Positions 28,050-38,494 are shown, counted from the first letter of the stretch. The stretch: 64,000 nucleotides of DNA from an uncultured Candidatus Saccharibacteria bacterium (GCA_964495685.1 CAZBVQ010000003.1:4824-68823); one strand, 5' to 3'. Translations and numbers: made by a program. Notes: generated by a model from the sequence alone, not told the origin.

Positions 28050-28469
28050 ATGAAACTTCTCATCAAAAAACTCAAGCCCGATGCCAAGTTGCCCTCATAC
28101 GCTCATCCAGGTGATGTTGGTTTGGATCTCTATTCACTAGAGGACAAACTGCTCAATCCTGGTGAGCGTCATATTTTTTTCGTGGGATTTGCCCTGGAAT
28201 TTCCGACCGGCTATGCTGCTATTGTGAAGGACAAAGGCGGTACTTCGAAGAATGGTTTGCATACAGCCGGTGGGGTGTACGATGCGGGGTATCGTGGTGA
28301 ATATAACGTCAATCTGGTGAATCTGAGTGACAAACCATATCAAGTCCATACAGGTGATAAGATCGCCCAGCTCGTTATTTTCCCAGTCGCTATTGCTGAG
28401 CTCGAAGAAGTGTCGGCTTTGAATGATTCATCGCGTGGAGAGGGACGATTCGGTAGTACGGGACGATAA
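28050..28469 (+). CDS. dut: dUTP diphosphatase
   Basis: GLDLY, GVYDAGYRGE, GDKIAQL, RGEGRFGSTG. Confidence 0.95.
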   Translation: MKLLIKKLKPDAKLPSYAHPGDVGLDLYSLEDKLLNPGERHIFFVGFALEFPTGYAAIVKDKGGTSKNGLHTAGGVYDAGYRGEYNVNLVNLSDKPYQVHTGDKIAQLVIFPVAIAELEEVSALNDSSRGEGRFGSTGR

Positions 28470-28478
28470 TATATCATC

Positions 28479-29132
28479 ATGCTTTCACCATTCCTGCTGA
28501 CAAAAAGTAAACCGCCGTTCATCGTCATTGAAGGCGGTGAGGGCTCGGGTAAATCATCGGTCTTGATGGCGCTCAAAGAAGAGCTGGGTGATCGTATTTT
28601 CACCACCCGCGAGCCGGGTGGTTCGCCCTATGCCGAAGTTATCCGCGATGTGACTTTGAAAAATCCACTGGCCAAAGGGACTCCTGCCGAAACAACCCTC
28701 TGCCTCATGTTCGCATCACGTTTCGATAATACGAGCCGTTCTATAGTTCCTGCACTGAAGGCTGGTACGCCTGTCATCGCTGATCGTTTCGATGCTTCTT
28801 CATTTGCGTACAATGTAGGTGCCCAATCTCGCGGCGCCCTCGAAGGGTTGTTCTGGAAACTTCGTGAACGTCTCGAAGTCAAACCGGACCTCTATATTTT
28901 CTTTGATGTTGATCCCCGTGAAGGTCTCCGCCGCGCTCAGTCGCGCAACCAATCATTGTTGCAGGGCAAACAATATGACCATTTCGATGATCGAGAGGTC
29001 GAGTTCCACGAAAAAGTCAGAGAAGGATACATGAAATTTTTCCAGAAAGTGCCGCACATGATCATTGATGCCAATCAGCCGCTCGATGAGGTCAAAAAGG
29101 CGTTCCGAGAGGAGATTCTTGCTAGAATTTAG
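28479..29132 (+). CDS. tmk: thymidylate kinase
   Basis: IEGGEGSGKS, TREPGG, DRFDASS. Confidence 0.95.
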   Translation: MLSPFLLTKSKPPFIVIEGGEGSGKSSVLMALKEELGDRIFTTREPGGSPYAEVIRDVTLKNPLAKGTPAETTLCLMFASRFDNTSRSIVPALKAGTPVIADRFDASSFAYNVGAQSRGALEGLFWKLRERLEVKPDLYIFFDVDPREGLRRAQSRNQSLLQGKQYDHFDDREVEFHEKVREGYMKFFQKVPHMIIDANQPLDEVKKAFREEILARI

Positions 29133-29416
29133 TGGGGATATCTGAGGTGTTGACAAGGTTGTGGGGGAGGAGTAAGGTAGTGCGTAGGTTGCTCTACAGG
29201 CTATTACGTGGAGTGATAAAACGGCCTCACAAGCCACATGTGGACTCTAATGTTCACAAAAAATGGGCGTGTGAGAGGGTTTGAATTCAAGGCCACAAAA
29301 AAACTTTCGCGGCTGAGAAGTACACAATTCTCTCCACCCCAGTTCTTTCCACCGCGCTCCGTCGCAGTGGTCGTTCCGAGGGTCTTTGCCGAGAGGCATA
29401 CCCCGTTTATGGTGGG

Positions 29417-29454
29417 GTCCGTCGTTGCCCAGGTGGGTGGCGACGGACTTTTTT
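29417..29454 (+). terminator. intrinsic terminator upstream of glyA
   Basis: GTCCGTCGTTGCCC/GGGTGGCGACGGAC followed by T6. Confidence 0.75.
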
Positions 29455-29613
29455 GTTGCCCAGATTTTCTTTCGTGCTAGAATGCGAATACGACTAACTA
29501 ACATGCTTACCACAACCTACAAATCAACGTGGTCTTCATTTGCATAATTACGGTGAATTACCTGCGGTGTGATTCGGTTCGTGGTTCATTATTCACCATT
29601 CACTATTCATTCT

Positions 29614-30810
29614 ATGAAAGACACACAGATCAAAAAACTCATCGATGCTGAGAAGAAGCGTCAAAAGAGCGTCATCAATCTTATCGCCTCAGAGAACGTT
29701 GTTTCATCAGATGTACTCGAAGCGCTCGGTTCGGAATTGACCAACAAGTACGCAGAAGGGTATCCGCGTGCACGTTATTATGGCGGCAACCAAGTCGTCG
29801 ACAAGATCGAAGAGCTTTGCAAAGAGCGCGCACTCACATTATTCGGCCTTTCGGCAGATGAATGGCATGTCAATGTCCAGCCTCTGTCAGGGTCACCAGC
29901 CAATCTGGCTGTATATGTCGCTCTAGTCCCTCAAGGTGGCAAGATTATGGGTATGTCACTCGATCATGGTGGTCATCTCACTCACGGTCACAAAGTTTCG
30001 GCTACGGGCAAATTCTGGACCCAGGTACCGTATGGTCTCGACAAAGATACTGAGCTCATCAATTACGGGGCACTCAAGGAGCTCGCTCTTCGAGAGAGGC
30101 CAGCCATCATCGTCGGTGGCTACACGGCGTATACGCGTGTCGTTGATTTCAAGAAATTGCGCGAAATAGCTGACGCATGCGGAGCGTTGCTCATGATCGA
30201 CATGTCTCATTTCGCTGGTCTCGTCGCAGGCAAGGCTTATCCATCACCATTCGCGTACGCTGATGTGGTCACCACAACTGTACACAAGACACTCCGTGGT
30301 CCTCGTAGCGCACTTATTTTTTCCAAGAAAGATACGCGTGATCTTCCCAAGAAAATAGACAAAGCAGTTTTCCCGGGATTGCAGGGAGGCCCACACCTCA
30401 ATCAGATTGCCGCTGTCGCTGTGGCGCTCAAAGAAGCTGCCGCTCCCGCATTCAAGAAATATGCAGTGCAGGTCAAGAAGAACGCTGCAGTACTTGCCCA
30501 AGAATTGAGCAACAAAGGATGGAAAATTATTTCCGGAGGCACAGACTCACATCTGGTGCTTGTCGATACTTGGATGGGGGGCCAGAAAAATGCCAAGGGT
30601 GCCGGGGCCATTCCTGGCAAGATCGCTAGTGATGCACTTGAGAAGGCCGGCATCATTGTAAACAAGAACGCTATTCCTTTTGATGCTCGTCCGCCGGCAG
30701 ATCCTTCCGGTATCCGTCTCGGTTCAGCCGCAGAGACGACGAGGGGTAAAAAAGAAAAAGATTTCAAGAAAATCGCTGAGAAGATAGATGCGGTGCTCAA
30801 AAGGCTGTGA
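29614..30810 (+). CDS. glyA: serine hydroxymethyltransferase
   Basis: LIASEN, NKYAEGYP, GGHLTHG, TTTVHKTLRGPR. Confidence 0.97.
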   Translation: MKDTQIKKLIDAEKKRQKSVINLIASENVVSSDVLEALGSELTNKYAEGYPRARYYGGNQVVDKIEELCKERALTLFGLSADEWHVNVQPLSGSPANLAVYVALVPQGGKIMGMSLDHGGHLTHGHKVSATGKFWTQVPYGLDKDTELINYGALKELALRERPAIIVGGYTAYTRVVDFKKLREIADACGALLMIDMSHFAGLVAGKAYPSPFAYADVVTTTVHKTLRGPRSALIFSKKDTRDLPKKIDKAVFPGLQGGPHLNQIAAVAVALKEAAAPAFKKYAVQVKKNAAVLAQELSNKGWKIISGGTDSHLVLVDTWMGGQKNAKGAGAIPGKIASDALEKAGIIVNKNAIPFDARPPADPSGIRLGSAAETTRGKKEKDFKKIAEKIDAVLKRL

Positions 30811-30850
30811 TTGCGGTATACTTCCCACAGGGAAAGAGAAAGGCAATCTT

Positions 30851-31069
30851 ATGAAGAAATCTGTTCGTAGAGCGCGGTGGTCACCTTACACATCTCGTAA
30901 GCAACAACGTCGTGAGAAAGTTCAATTGTTGAATGAAAGTATTGAAACCTCGGGTTGTTTCGTTGGTCATGATCAGAATCGAGTTTCAGATGATCTTGCG
31001 CACGAGGCAGTCGGGCCACATGACTCTCTGGCTGTACCCAGTCATCTTGCTCATCAGATAGTTCGTTAG
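30851..31069 (+). CDS. small hypothetical protein
   Basis: ATG after TATACT and GAAAGG; followed by a hairpin and T-run. Confidence 0.4.
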   Translation: MKKSVRRARWSPYTSRKQQRREKVQLLNESIETSGCFVGHDQNRVSDDLAHEAVGPHDSLAVPSHLAHQIVR

Positions 31070-31564
31070 CGTGCTTTCCGGCCAGATCCAAGGAGGTTCC
31101 GTGTGAGCCTCTTTTTGTATAAAAAAGAAAAAAGGCGCAACCACGGGTTGCGCCTTGAAAGTGAACGGAACCTCCTCCGTAGAGTACTACGGTACGTTAA
31201 ATTTAGGGAGGCGAGAATAATGTGCAAGATGGTTTTGTGTAAGCCTTCGTCGGCGGCGTGCTGTTGAAGTGTCTCGATCCTTGTGGTGACAAGGATACAC
31301 ATATGACCATCGGTCCCTAGACTATGAGACACAGGTCTCGGGGTGGGAATGACGTCCTTCTCGAGCGGGCCCGACGTCCTCATTACCGTTCTATTTCCAC
31401 ACTGCATCTGAAAAGAATCATAATCTATTGTTGGGCGTTTGTCAAATCGTGTGTACCTAAAACAGTAACCAAGCCCATCCTTATAATATACCTATTCATT
31501 GGATGTAATGTGGATACAAAAAGCGCCACCGTTTTACCGGTGACGCGTGTTTCAGGGTATCTGG

Positions 31565-32443
31565 TCAGTCGTTTGACCCTTGACCGCCGGTGTCTTCGAC
31601 CGATCCGATCATGTAATCAATTGCCCATGTGATGTATAGTCCTGCTGGACAAAGAGGGGTGACATCAACTTCTCCAGACGATTCAGGACCAACGTCAATG
31701 TCAATGTAAGCCCCGCTATTCGCATCGTGCTGAACGGTCTGTCCGTGGACGTCAATTTCTTCGGGTGATAGCTCACGGTCAAATACGAGAGGGAGCATGG
31801 TTCCTTCCGTCGCCTTCCACGCCTGGGCAGTTATGAAGATCCGATAATGGTACAACAGTGACGAGTCAGGGTTTACGTATCGAAACGCCGTCCAGGCATT
31901 ATCACTCAGAGTGAAGGTGTTCGAGTAGTCATTATTCGGATCATTCGTGGACGTCGTCAACGTTCCACGAGCCGCAACTTCACTGACGTTGAGTCCTGTA
32001 ATGGTATTTGTGCCCATGTTGACCCAAGCAGAGCCGTGCGATCTGGAAGACTCCGTGGCATAACCACCGGCTGGTTGTTGATTCGTCCACACAGACGTCC
32101 TGACTGTCTCGCTGGCATATACAGGTCCTGATGTGTCGGTCTCCACCAACGTCTTCGTCACAGGATCCAGGCCACCCAAAGTCCATCCACGAGTGAACGA
32201 ACTGACCTGTTTGAGGCTTCGAGGATGACTGGACTGTGGCCCCCCACAATTTCCTGTGAGACATGTTTCCTTGATCGGTTGCCACGTACGAGTGGATTGT
32301 TTGAGGACAACCGAGGTTGTCGGTAGGATCACTTCTGCCGCCCACGTGGCTTGTGTAATGGTTAGAAAAGTGGCCGTCATAATCATGACGTGCCTGATCA
32401 GTGTTTTCATTGTGCGATTGTGTTTCCGTTGCTGTTTCCCCAT
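31565..32443 (-). CDS. hypothetical secreted Thr/Ser-rich protein
   Basis: signal-peptide-like 'MIMTATFLTITQATWA'; upstream promoter-like sequence, downstream hairpin. Confidence 0.65.
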   Translation of the reverse strand: MGKQQRKHNRTMKTLIRHVMIMTATFLTITQATWAAEVILPTTSVVLKQSTRTWQPIKETCLTGNCGGPQSSHPRSLKQVSSFTRGWTLGGLDPVTKTLVETDTSGPVYASETVRTSVWTNQQPAGGYATESSRSHGSAWVNMGTNTITGLNVSEVAARGTLTTSTNDPNNDYSNTFTLSDNAWTAFRYVNPDSSLLYHYRIFITAQAWKATEGTMLPLVFDRELSPEEIDVHGQTVQHDANSGAYIDIDVGPESSGEVDVTPLCPAGLYITWAIDYMIGSVEDTGGQGSND

Positions 32444-32562
32444 ACCCTATTTCCCATACTCACACGAGCACGAGTGGTCTGGATTCGAAATTGACCATAA
32501 CACGATTATCACATAAAAGCAAGCCCTTCGTGCTTATCCTGCCTTTCTGCTACAATCTAACC

Positions 32563-34242
32563 ATGAAACAACAGATTCAGGTGGTATTCGAAAAAGCCTT
32601 GCAAAACCTCGATATTGCAGGGTCTTCTTTCCGTCTGGAATACCCAGAGAACCCTGAGCATGGCGATTTCTCATGTAATGTAGCCATGGTCAATGCCAAG
32701 AAACTTGGCATGGCTCCCAAAGTTCTTGCCGAGAAAGTGGTCGCCGAGATCGGCAAAGGGAATTCTGATTTTATTGCATCAGCTACTGTGGCTGGCCCTG
32801 GATTCATCAACATTACGATCAAGAGCACTGTGTTCACAGAGAATATTATTTCAGTCGCGCAAGGTGATGGGGAATATGGATGGAACAAGAACGATGCGGA
32901 CAAGAAAGTCATGGTTGAATATACTGACCCCAATCCATTCAAAGTGCTTCATATCGGTCACCTGATGTCCAACGCCATTGGTGAATCTATTTCTCGTCTC
33001 GTCCAATCTGCGGGTGCGGAGGTCAAGCGTGCCAACTGGCAAGGCGATGTCGGTCCGCATGTCGCAAAAGCTATTTGGGGAGCTCTTCATCTCAATGTTC
33101 CTGACAAACATGGCGCCGAATTCTGGGGCAAGGCCTACACACATGGTGCGCTGGCGTACGAAGATGATGCCGCTGCCAAGAAAGAGGTCGATGAGATCAA
33201 TAAGAAAGTCTATTCACGCACCGATGATCAGATCAACAAGCTCTATGATCAAGGTAGGAAAGAGAGTTTGGAGGCATTCGAAGTCATGTACGCCAAGCTC
33301 GGCACGAAATTCGACAATTACTTCTTCGAAGGTACTGAGGGCAGGAATGGTGAGCCGATTGTCCGCGAATATCTGAAGAAAGGTGTATTCCAGGAAAGTG
33401 AAGGAGCGATTGTATTCAAAGGTGAAGATCATGGGTTGCACACGCGTGTCTTCATGACCTCGCAGGGACTCCCGACATATGAGACCAAGGAGCTTGGTTT
33501 GAATGCTGAGAAATTCAAGCTCTATCCCGATCTGGCAGAATCGATCATCATTACCGCCAATGAACAAAGTGATTATTTCCGTGTGCTCCTGAAGGTCATG
33601 GAGCTGGTCATGCCGAATGTGGCTGCCAAGACCAAACATATGAGTCATGGCATGATGCGTTTTGCTTCGGGCAAAATGTCATCTCGCAAAGGTAATGTTA
33701 TTAGTGCCGAGGCGCTCATCGATGATATTCGTTCGTTGGTCACGGAGAAGATCGCCGACCGTGAATTTTCCGCTACACAGAAGGATGAAATCGCTGACGC
33801 GGTAGCCATTGGCGCTATCAAGTATACGATTTTGCGCCAGGCGGTCGGTAGCGATGTTATCTTCGATTCAGCCTCCTCTATCTCATTCGAAGGTGACTCG
33901 GGACCATATCTGCAGTATGCAGCAGTGAGGGCGGGTTCGATCTTGGAGAAAGGAAAGAAGGAGGGCAAAATCGTCGCTCCAGAAGAGGTGACTATGCTCG
34001 AAAGACTTATTTCAAGATTCCCGGATATCGTCGAGCGAGCACGAGCAGAATATGCGCCGCAACATATCGCAAGTTATCTCATGGCGCTCGCAGGTGAGTT
34101 CAATGCGTATTATGCCAATCATCAGATCGTCGACGACGCTGATCCGCTCTCACCATATCGTGTGGCGCTGACCAAGGCATTCAGGACGGTCATGATCAAT
34201 GGATTGTGGATTCTCGGTATCAAAGTTCCGGAGAGGATGTAG
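32563..34242 (+). CDS. argS: arginine--tRNA ligase
   Basis: HGDFS.N, GPGFIN, PNP.K.LHIGH, KMSSRKG, GPYLQYA. Confidence 0.97.
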   Translation: MKQQIQVVFEKALQNLDIAGSSFRLEYPENPEHGDFSCNVAMVNAKKLGMAPKVLAEKVVAEIGKGNSDFIASATVAGPGFINITIKSTVFTENIISVAQGDGEYGWNKNDADKKVMVEYTDPNPFKVLHIGHLMSNAIGESISRLVQSAGAEVKRANWQGDVGPHVAKAIWGALHLNVPDKHGAEFWGKAYTHGALAYEDDAAAKKEVDEINKKVYSRTDDQINKLYDQGRKESLEAFEVMYAKLGTKFDNYFFEGTEGRNGEPIVREYLKKGVFQESEGAIVFKGEDHGLHTRVFMTSQGLPTYETKELGLNAEKFKLYPDLAESIIITANEQSDYFRVLLKVMELVMPNVAAKTKHMSHGMMRFASGKMSSRKGNVISAEALIDDIRSLVTEKIADREFSATQKDEIADAVAIGAIKYTILRQAVGSDVIFDSASSISFEGDSGPYLQYAAVRAGSILEKGKKEGKIVAPEEVTMLERLISRFPDIVERARAEYAPQHIASYLMALAGEFNAYYANHQIVDDADPLSPYRVALTKAFRTVMINGLWILGIKVPERM

Positions 34243-34313
34243 TGCACAAGTCGGGGTTGCATTTGGGTGGGGTGGTGGTAGATTGGTGATAACTGTTCAA
34301 TGAAAGGTGAATT

Positions 34314-34715
34314 ATGAAGCCAAATGTTCAGGTTCTGCGACAGGCTTATTGTTTTTTTACAGACACACGGTACGATCCCTCACTACGACTTGGGGCTGAA
34401 ATCCCTCCGAAGGGATACAATTTCTCCATACTCAATCATGACGGTTTGCGTGTTGAACTCGTGATTGGAGTTCCCGAGTGGGGGAAATGTATCCACTCGG
34501 CGCAATTGCGAGTTTTCCAACCAGGTGAAGGGCCAGGTTCTTGGCCCGGTAAAATTCTGGCAGTGTGTGATGCGGTCGACGATCCAGATCGGGACGTGTT
34601 GGCGGATGTGTTTTATGCAGGAAGCAACGACCCTGACCGCGCACTTCTATGTCAACGGCTCCGTGAGGATATTGGTGCCGCAGTGGCCAGGGCCCGGTCA
34701 CTTCTTGTTGTTTGA
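34314..34715 (+). CDS. hypothetical orphan protein
   Basis: 133 aa ORF with GAAAGG site and downstream hairpin plus T-run. Confidence 0.55.
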   Translation: MKPNVQVLRQAYCFFTDTRYDPSLRLGAEIPPKGYNFSILNHDGLRVELVIGVPEWGKCIHSAQLRVFQPGEGPGSWPGKILAVCDAVDDPDRDVLADVFYAGSNDPDRALLCQRLREDIGAAVARARSLLVV

Positions 34716-34819
34716 TGGGTAGCCTAGATACCTTGCACGGCCGACCGGAAATCTCCGTTCGGCCTCTTTTTATTCTCAAAACGCAAAAAAGTGCTAGAAT
34801 GGCTCTACTGTACTGCGCA

Positions 34820-34836
34820 TCTAGGCCGGGCCTAGA
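34820..34836. repeat. short palindrome TCTAGGCCGGGCCTAGA, copy 2
   Basis: 6 nt upstream of the ileS ATG. Confidence 0.85.
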
Positions 34837-34842
34837 AATCAC

Positions 34843-37800
34843 ATGACTGACCCTATCAACCCAGAACAAAAAGCTATCACCAAATCTCCTCATGCTGAGC
34901 GCGAGGAGCGTATTCTTGCCCGCTGGAAAGAGAAGGGCATTTTCGAGCAGACACTCAAGCAGACTGAGGGCAAGAAAGAATTTATTTTCTATGAAGGTCC
35001 GCCAACTGCCAATGGTCGTCCTGGTATTCATCATCTCGAAGCACGCGCTTTCAAGGACGCGATTCCGCGTTACAAAACCATGCAAGGATTCCACGTGCGT
35101 CGCAAAGGAGGATGGGATACACATGGTCTGCCAGTCGAAATCCAAGTTGAGAAGGAGTTGGGCCTCAAGTCCAAGAAGGAAGTCGAGTCTTACGGCATCG
35201 AGCGTTTCAATGAGAAGTGCAAAGAAAGTGTCTGGAAATATGTCCATGAATGGGAAGGCTTCACTGAGCGCATGGGGTATTGGGTTGATCTCAAAGATCC
35301 GTACATTACCTACAAGTCTTCGTACATCGAGTCTTTGTGGAATATCATGAAGACAGTCGACAAGAAGGGATTGCTCTACAAGGATTACAAAGTCGTACCC
35401 TGGTGTCCGCGCTGTGGCACTGGTCTTTCGTCGCATGAATTGGCGCAGGGCTATCAGGACGTTAAGGATTTGGCGGTGACGGTGAAGTTCAAGGTCACAA
35501 ACGGAAAAGAAAAACTGGGCTCCACAGATGATATATATTTGCTTGCATGGACAACTACACCATGGACCTTACCAGGGAACGTTGGGTTAGCTGTTGGAAA
35601 AAAACAAAAAGGAATTACTTACAAACTGGTCTTTCTTGAACCGGACATTGCCAAAGTTGTTATCGGCAAAGGACAATCTGGTCAGTATGAATCCCCAAAC
35701 GGTTTTTTTGCAGAAGAAGTTGAAAAATTTAATAAAGAACATAAAGGAAAAGCATATCTCGTAACATCCCAATATAACTTTTCTGAAAAATTAAAGCCCC
35801 CATTTCCTATTAAAGAAAATCTTCTCCTAACAGATCTTACCGAGAATCAACTAATCGGCCTCACCTACGAACCCCTCTATTCGTTTTTGAAAGACAACAT
35901 TTCTGGTGCCGAAAAAGAAAAACTTTCCAATGCATACAAAGTATATGCGGCTGATTTTGTCACGACGACCGATGGTACTGGGATAGTTCACACTGCGGTT
36001 ATGTATGGTCAGGAGGATTTTGAGTTGGGAACACAGGTTGGTTTGCCGAAATATCACCTCGTCAATGATGATGGAACCTTCAAGAAAGAGGCCGGATTCC
36101 TTGCAGGCAGATTCGTGAAAGATGAAGCCGTCGCTATCGACATCATCAAAGATCTCGCCAGTCGCCCAACAGGCAGCTTGTTGTTCCACAAAGAGAAGCA
36201 CGAGCACAGCTACCCATTCTGTTGGCGTTGCAAGACTCCACTCATCTATTTTGCCCGCGATTCGTGGTATATCCGCATGTCTTCATTGCGTGACAACCTA
36301 GTCAAAGAGAATGAGAGCATCAACTGGGTGCCCGCCCATATCAAAGAAGGTCGTTTTGGTGAATGGCTCCGCGAAGTCAAAGATTGGGCCATTTCCCGCG
36401 AGCGTTACTGGGGAACACCACTTCCTGTCTGGGTTTGTGATGGGTGTCATGAGCGCAAAGTAGTTGGTTCTGTCGCCGAAATTGCACAGAAGTCGAAAAA
36501 CATGTATTTCGGTATTCGACACGGCGAAGCTGAGCAGAATGTACATAATATTCTGAACGGTGACCCAAGTAAGCACTATCATTTGACTGAGAAGGGCAAG
36601 AAAGAGGTTACGGATTCCGTTAAGTCATTCAAACAGAAGATTGATGTTATTTACGCCTCGCCATTGCTTCGTACCAAGGAGACTGCCGAAATTGCGGCAG
36701 GTATTTTGGGCGTGCCGGCATCTTCCATTTTCTATGATGAACGTTTGCGTGAAATGGGCATGGGCGAGCTCGAAGGGAAGAATGTGAGCGAGCTTAACGG
36801 ATTGGTTGATGTTCCAGAAAAACTCTTCACTACCTCGGTCAGAGGTGTTGAGACACGACTGGAGATCAAGAGACGCGTTGGCACATTCATCGAAGAGATT
36901 GAACAGAAGCATGTTGGTAAGACTATTTTGGTTGTCAGTCATGATAGTCCATTGTGGATGCTCGAGAGTGCTGCCACAGGCCTCGATACCACCCAGGCTC
37001 TTGCACTCAAAGCAGGTAAGTCATTTTTCATGGATAATGCCGAAGTTAGAAAAATTGATTACTCGATAGTTCCACACAACGCTGACTTCGAACTTGATCT
37101 GCATCGCCCATACATTGATACAGTGAAGATTCCGTGCGCATGTGGCGGGACAATGACACGTGTCAAAGAAGTTATGGATGTGTGGTTTGATTCTGGCGCT
37201 ATGCCTTTTGCGCAGGATCATTATCCGTTCGAACACAAAGAACTAGTAGATAGTGGTTTGTTCAAGAAAGCTCACGGCTATCCCGCTGATTTTATTTCTG
37301 AGGCCATCGATCAGACACGTGGCTGGTTCTATACATTGCACGCTATTGGTGTGTTGATGGGCAAGGGCAAGGCATTCAAGAACGTTATCTGTCTCGGTCA
37401 CATTCTCGATGGAGAGGGCAAGAAAATGTCGAAATCTCTCGGCAATATCGTCGACCCATGGAGCATGATGGACAAATACGGCGCTGACGCACTGCGTTTC
37501 TGGATGTACTCTGTCAATCAGCCGGGGGATTCGAAAAACTTTGATGAGAAGACAGTCGATGAAATGGTCAAAAAAGTATTCAATTTAGCGGCAAATGTGT
37601 TGTCGTTCTATCAGATGTATGCGGAGAAGTCGGCAGTTGCAAGTAACACGTTGCAAGTCACATCGCGTAACATTTTGGATCGATGGATTATTTCGAGACT
37701 TGATCAGGTGATCGAGACAGTCACCAAAGGCTTGGACTCATATGTATTTCTTGAGCCGACGCGTTCGGTACGTGATTTTATTGCAGACCTCTCACAATGG

Positions 37801-38493
37801 TATTTACGCCGCTCGCGTGACCGATTCAAGTCAGAAGATGTCCAAGACAAACAAGCTGCACTAGCGACGACCCGCTACATTCTAGTAACACTCGCCAAAG
37901 TTATGGCGCCGTTCACACCATTTTTTGCAGATTATCTGTACCAGGAAGCAGGTGGAGATCTCGAGAGTGTTCATTTGGAGAAGTGGCCGGTCGCAGGGAA
38001 GATCGATACGCAGCTCATCACAGATATGGCACACGTCCGCACCGCATGCTCCAAAGGTTTGGAGGCTCGTACACGTGCCAAGATCAACGTACGTCAGCCG
38101 CTGGCAAAGTTGTATATAAAGACCGGTATTGCCGACAAACTCTCACCCGAACTTCTCGGTCTGATCGAAGATGAAGTTAATGTCAAGGGAGTCGCTATCA
38201 GCGTGTCTATTGATTCCGAGGTGCAGCTCGATACCGTCATCACTCCCGCTCTCAAAGAAGAGGGCATGGTCCGTGAATTGATGCGCCTTATTCAGGATCT
38301 CCGCAAAGCCAAGGGTCTCAGTGTGGGTGATCGGGCAGTCTTGAATGTGGAGACAGATGGCGCGGGCAGGAAAGTTATCGACACCAATGCTACACAAATC
38401 AAAACCGCCTGCGGTATTTCTGAAATCCGCTACGGCACTGTTGCTGGTGACACGACCATGATCGCAGAGATGCCGTTCAAGCTTGGCTTGTAA
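34843..38493 (+). CDS. ileS: isoleucine--tRNA ligase (type 2) with inserted histidine-phosphatase domain
   Basis: EGPPTANG.PG.HH, GWDTHGLP, WTTTPWTLP, DWAISRERYWG, DQTRGWFY, KMSKS; RHG domain at about 36502-37062. Confidence 0.95.
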   Translation: MTDPINPEQKAITKSPHAEREERILARWKEKGIFEQTLKQTEGKKEFIFYEGPPTANGRPGIHHLEARAFKDAIPRYKTMQGFHVRRKGGWDTHGLPVEIQVEKELGLKSKKEVESYGIERFNEKCKESVWKYVHEWEGFTERMGYWVDLKDPYITYKSSYIESLWNIMKTVDKKGLLYKDYKVVPWCPRCGTGLSSHELAQGYQDVKDLAVTVKFKVTNGKEKLGSTDDIYLLAWTTTPWTLPGNVGLAVGKKQKGITYKLVFLEPDIAKVVIGKGQSGQYESPNGFFAEEVEKFNKEHKGKAYLVTSQYNFSEKLKPPFPIKENLLLTDLTENQLIGLTYEPLYSFLKDNISGAEKEKLSNAYKVYAADFVTTTDGTGIVHTAVMYGQEDFELGTQVGLPKYHLVNDDGTFKKEAGFLAGRFVKDEAVAIDIIKDLASRPTGSLLFHKEKHEHSYPFCWRCKTPLIYFARDSWYIRMSSLRDNLVKENESINWVPAHIKEGRFGEWLREVKDWAISRERYWGTPLPVWVCDGCHERKVVGSVAEIAQKSKNMYFGIRHGEAEQNVHNILNGDPSKHYHLTEKGKKEVTDSVKSFKQKIDVIYASPLLRTKETAEIAAGILGVPASSIFYDERLREMGMGELEGKNVSELNGLVDVPEKLFTTSVRGVETRLEIKRRVGTFIEEIEQKHVGKTILVVSHDSPLWMLESAATGLDTTQALALKAGKSFFMDNAEVRKIDYSIVPHNADFELDLHRPYIDTVKIPCACGGTMTRVKEVMDVWFDSGAMPFAQDHYPFEHKELVDSGLFKKAHGYPADFISEAIDQTRGWFYTLHAIGVLMGKGKAFKNVICLGHILDGEGKKMSKSLGNIVDPWSMMDKYGADALRFWMYSVNQPGDSKNFDEKTVDEMVKKVFNLAANVLSFYQMYAEKSAVASNTLQVTSRNILDRWIISRLDQVIETVTKGLDSYVFLEPTRSVRDFIADLSQWYLRRSRDRFKSEDVQDKQAALATTRYILVTLAKVMAPFTPFFADYLYQEAGGDLESVHLEKWPVAGKIDTQLITDMAHVRTACSKGLEARTRAKINVRQPLAKLYIKTGIADKLSPELLGLIEDEVNVKGVAISVSIDSEVQLDTVITPALKEEGMVRELMRLIQDLRKAKGLSVGDRAVLNVETDGAGRKVIDTNATQIKTACGISEIRYGTVAGDTTMIAEMPFKLGL

Positions 38494-38494
38494 C

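Noticed and set aside
29425-29445. ZTP riboswitch 3' motif (GCC..CC.CCTGGGC) near glyA
   Set aside because: The match is on the strand opposite glyA, no 5' domain is visible, and it is explained by the terminator stem.
18555-30810. Genetic code 25 (TGA = Gly) as in Gracilibacteria/Absconditabacteria
   Set aside because: queA and glyA end at TGA at their expected C-termini, and core genes are intact under the standard code.
34432-35436. Long antisense ORFs (334 aa opposite ileS; also 23900-24469 and 51806-52420)
   Set aside because: They are shadows of conserved genes on the other strand and contain no recognisable motifs.
35500-37062. Inteins in ileS
   Set aside because: Neither insertion has the C/S start, HN end or LAGLIDADG motifs.
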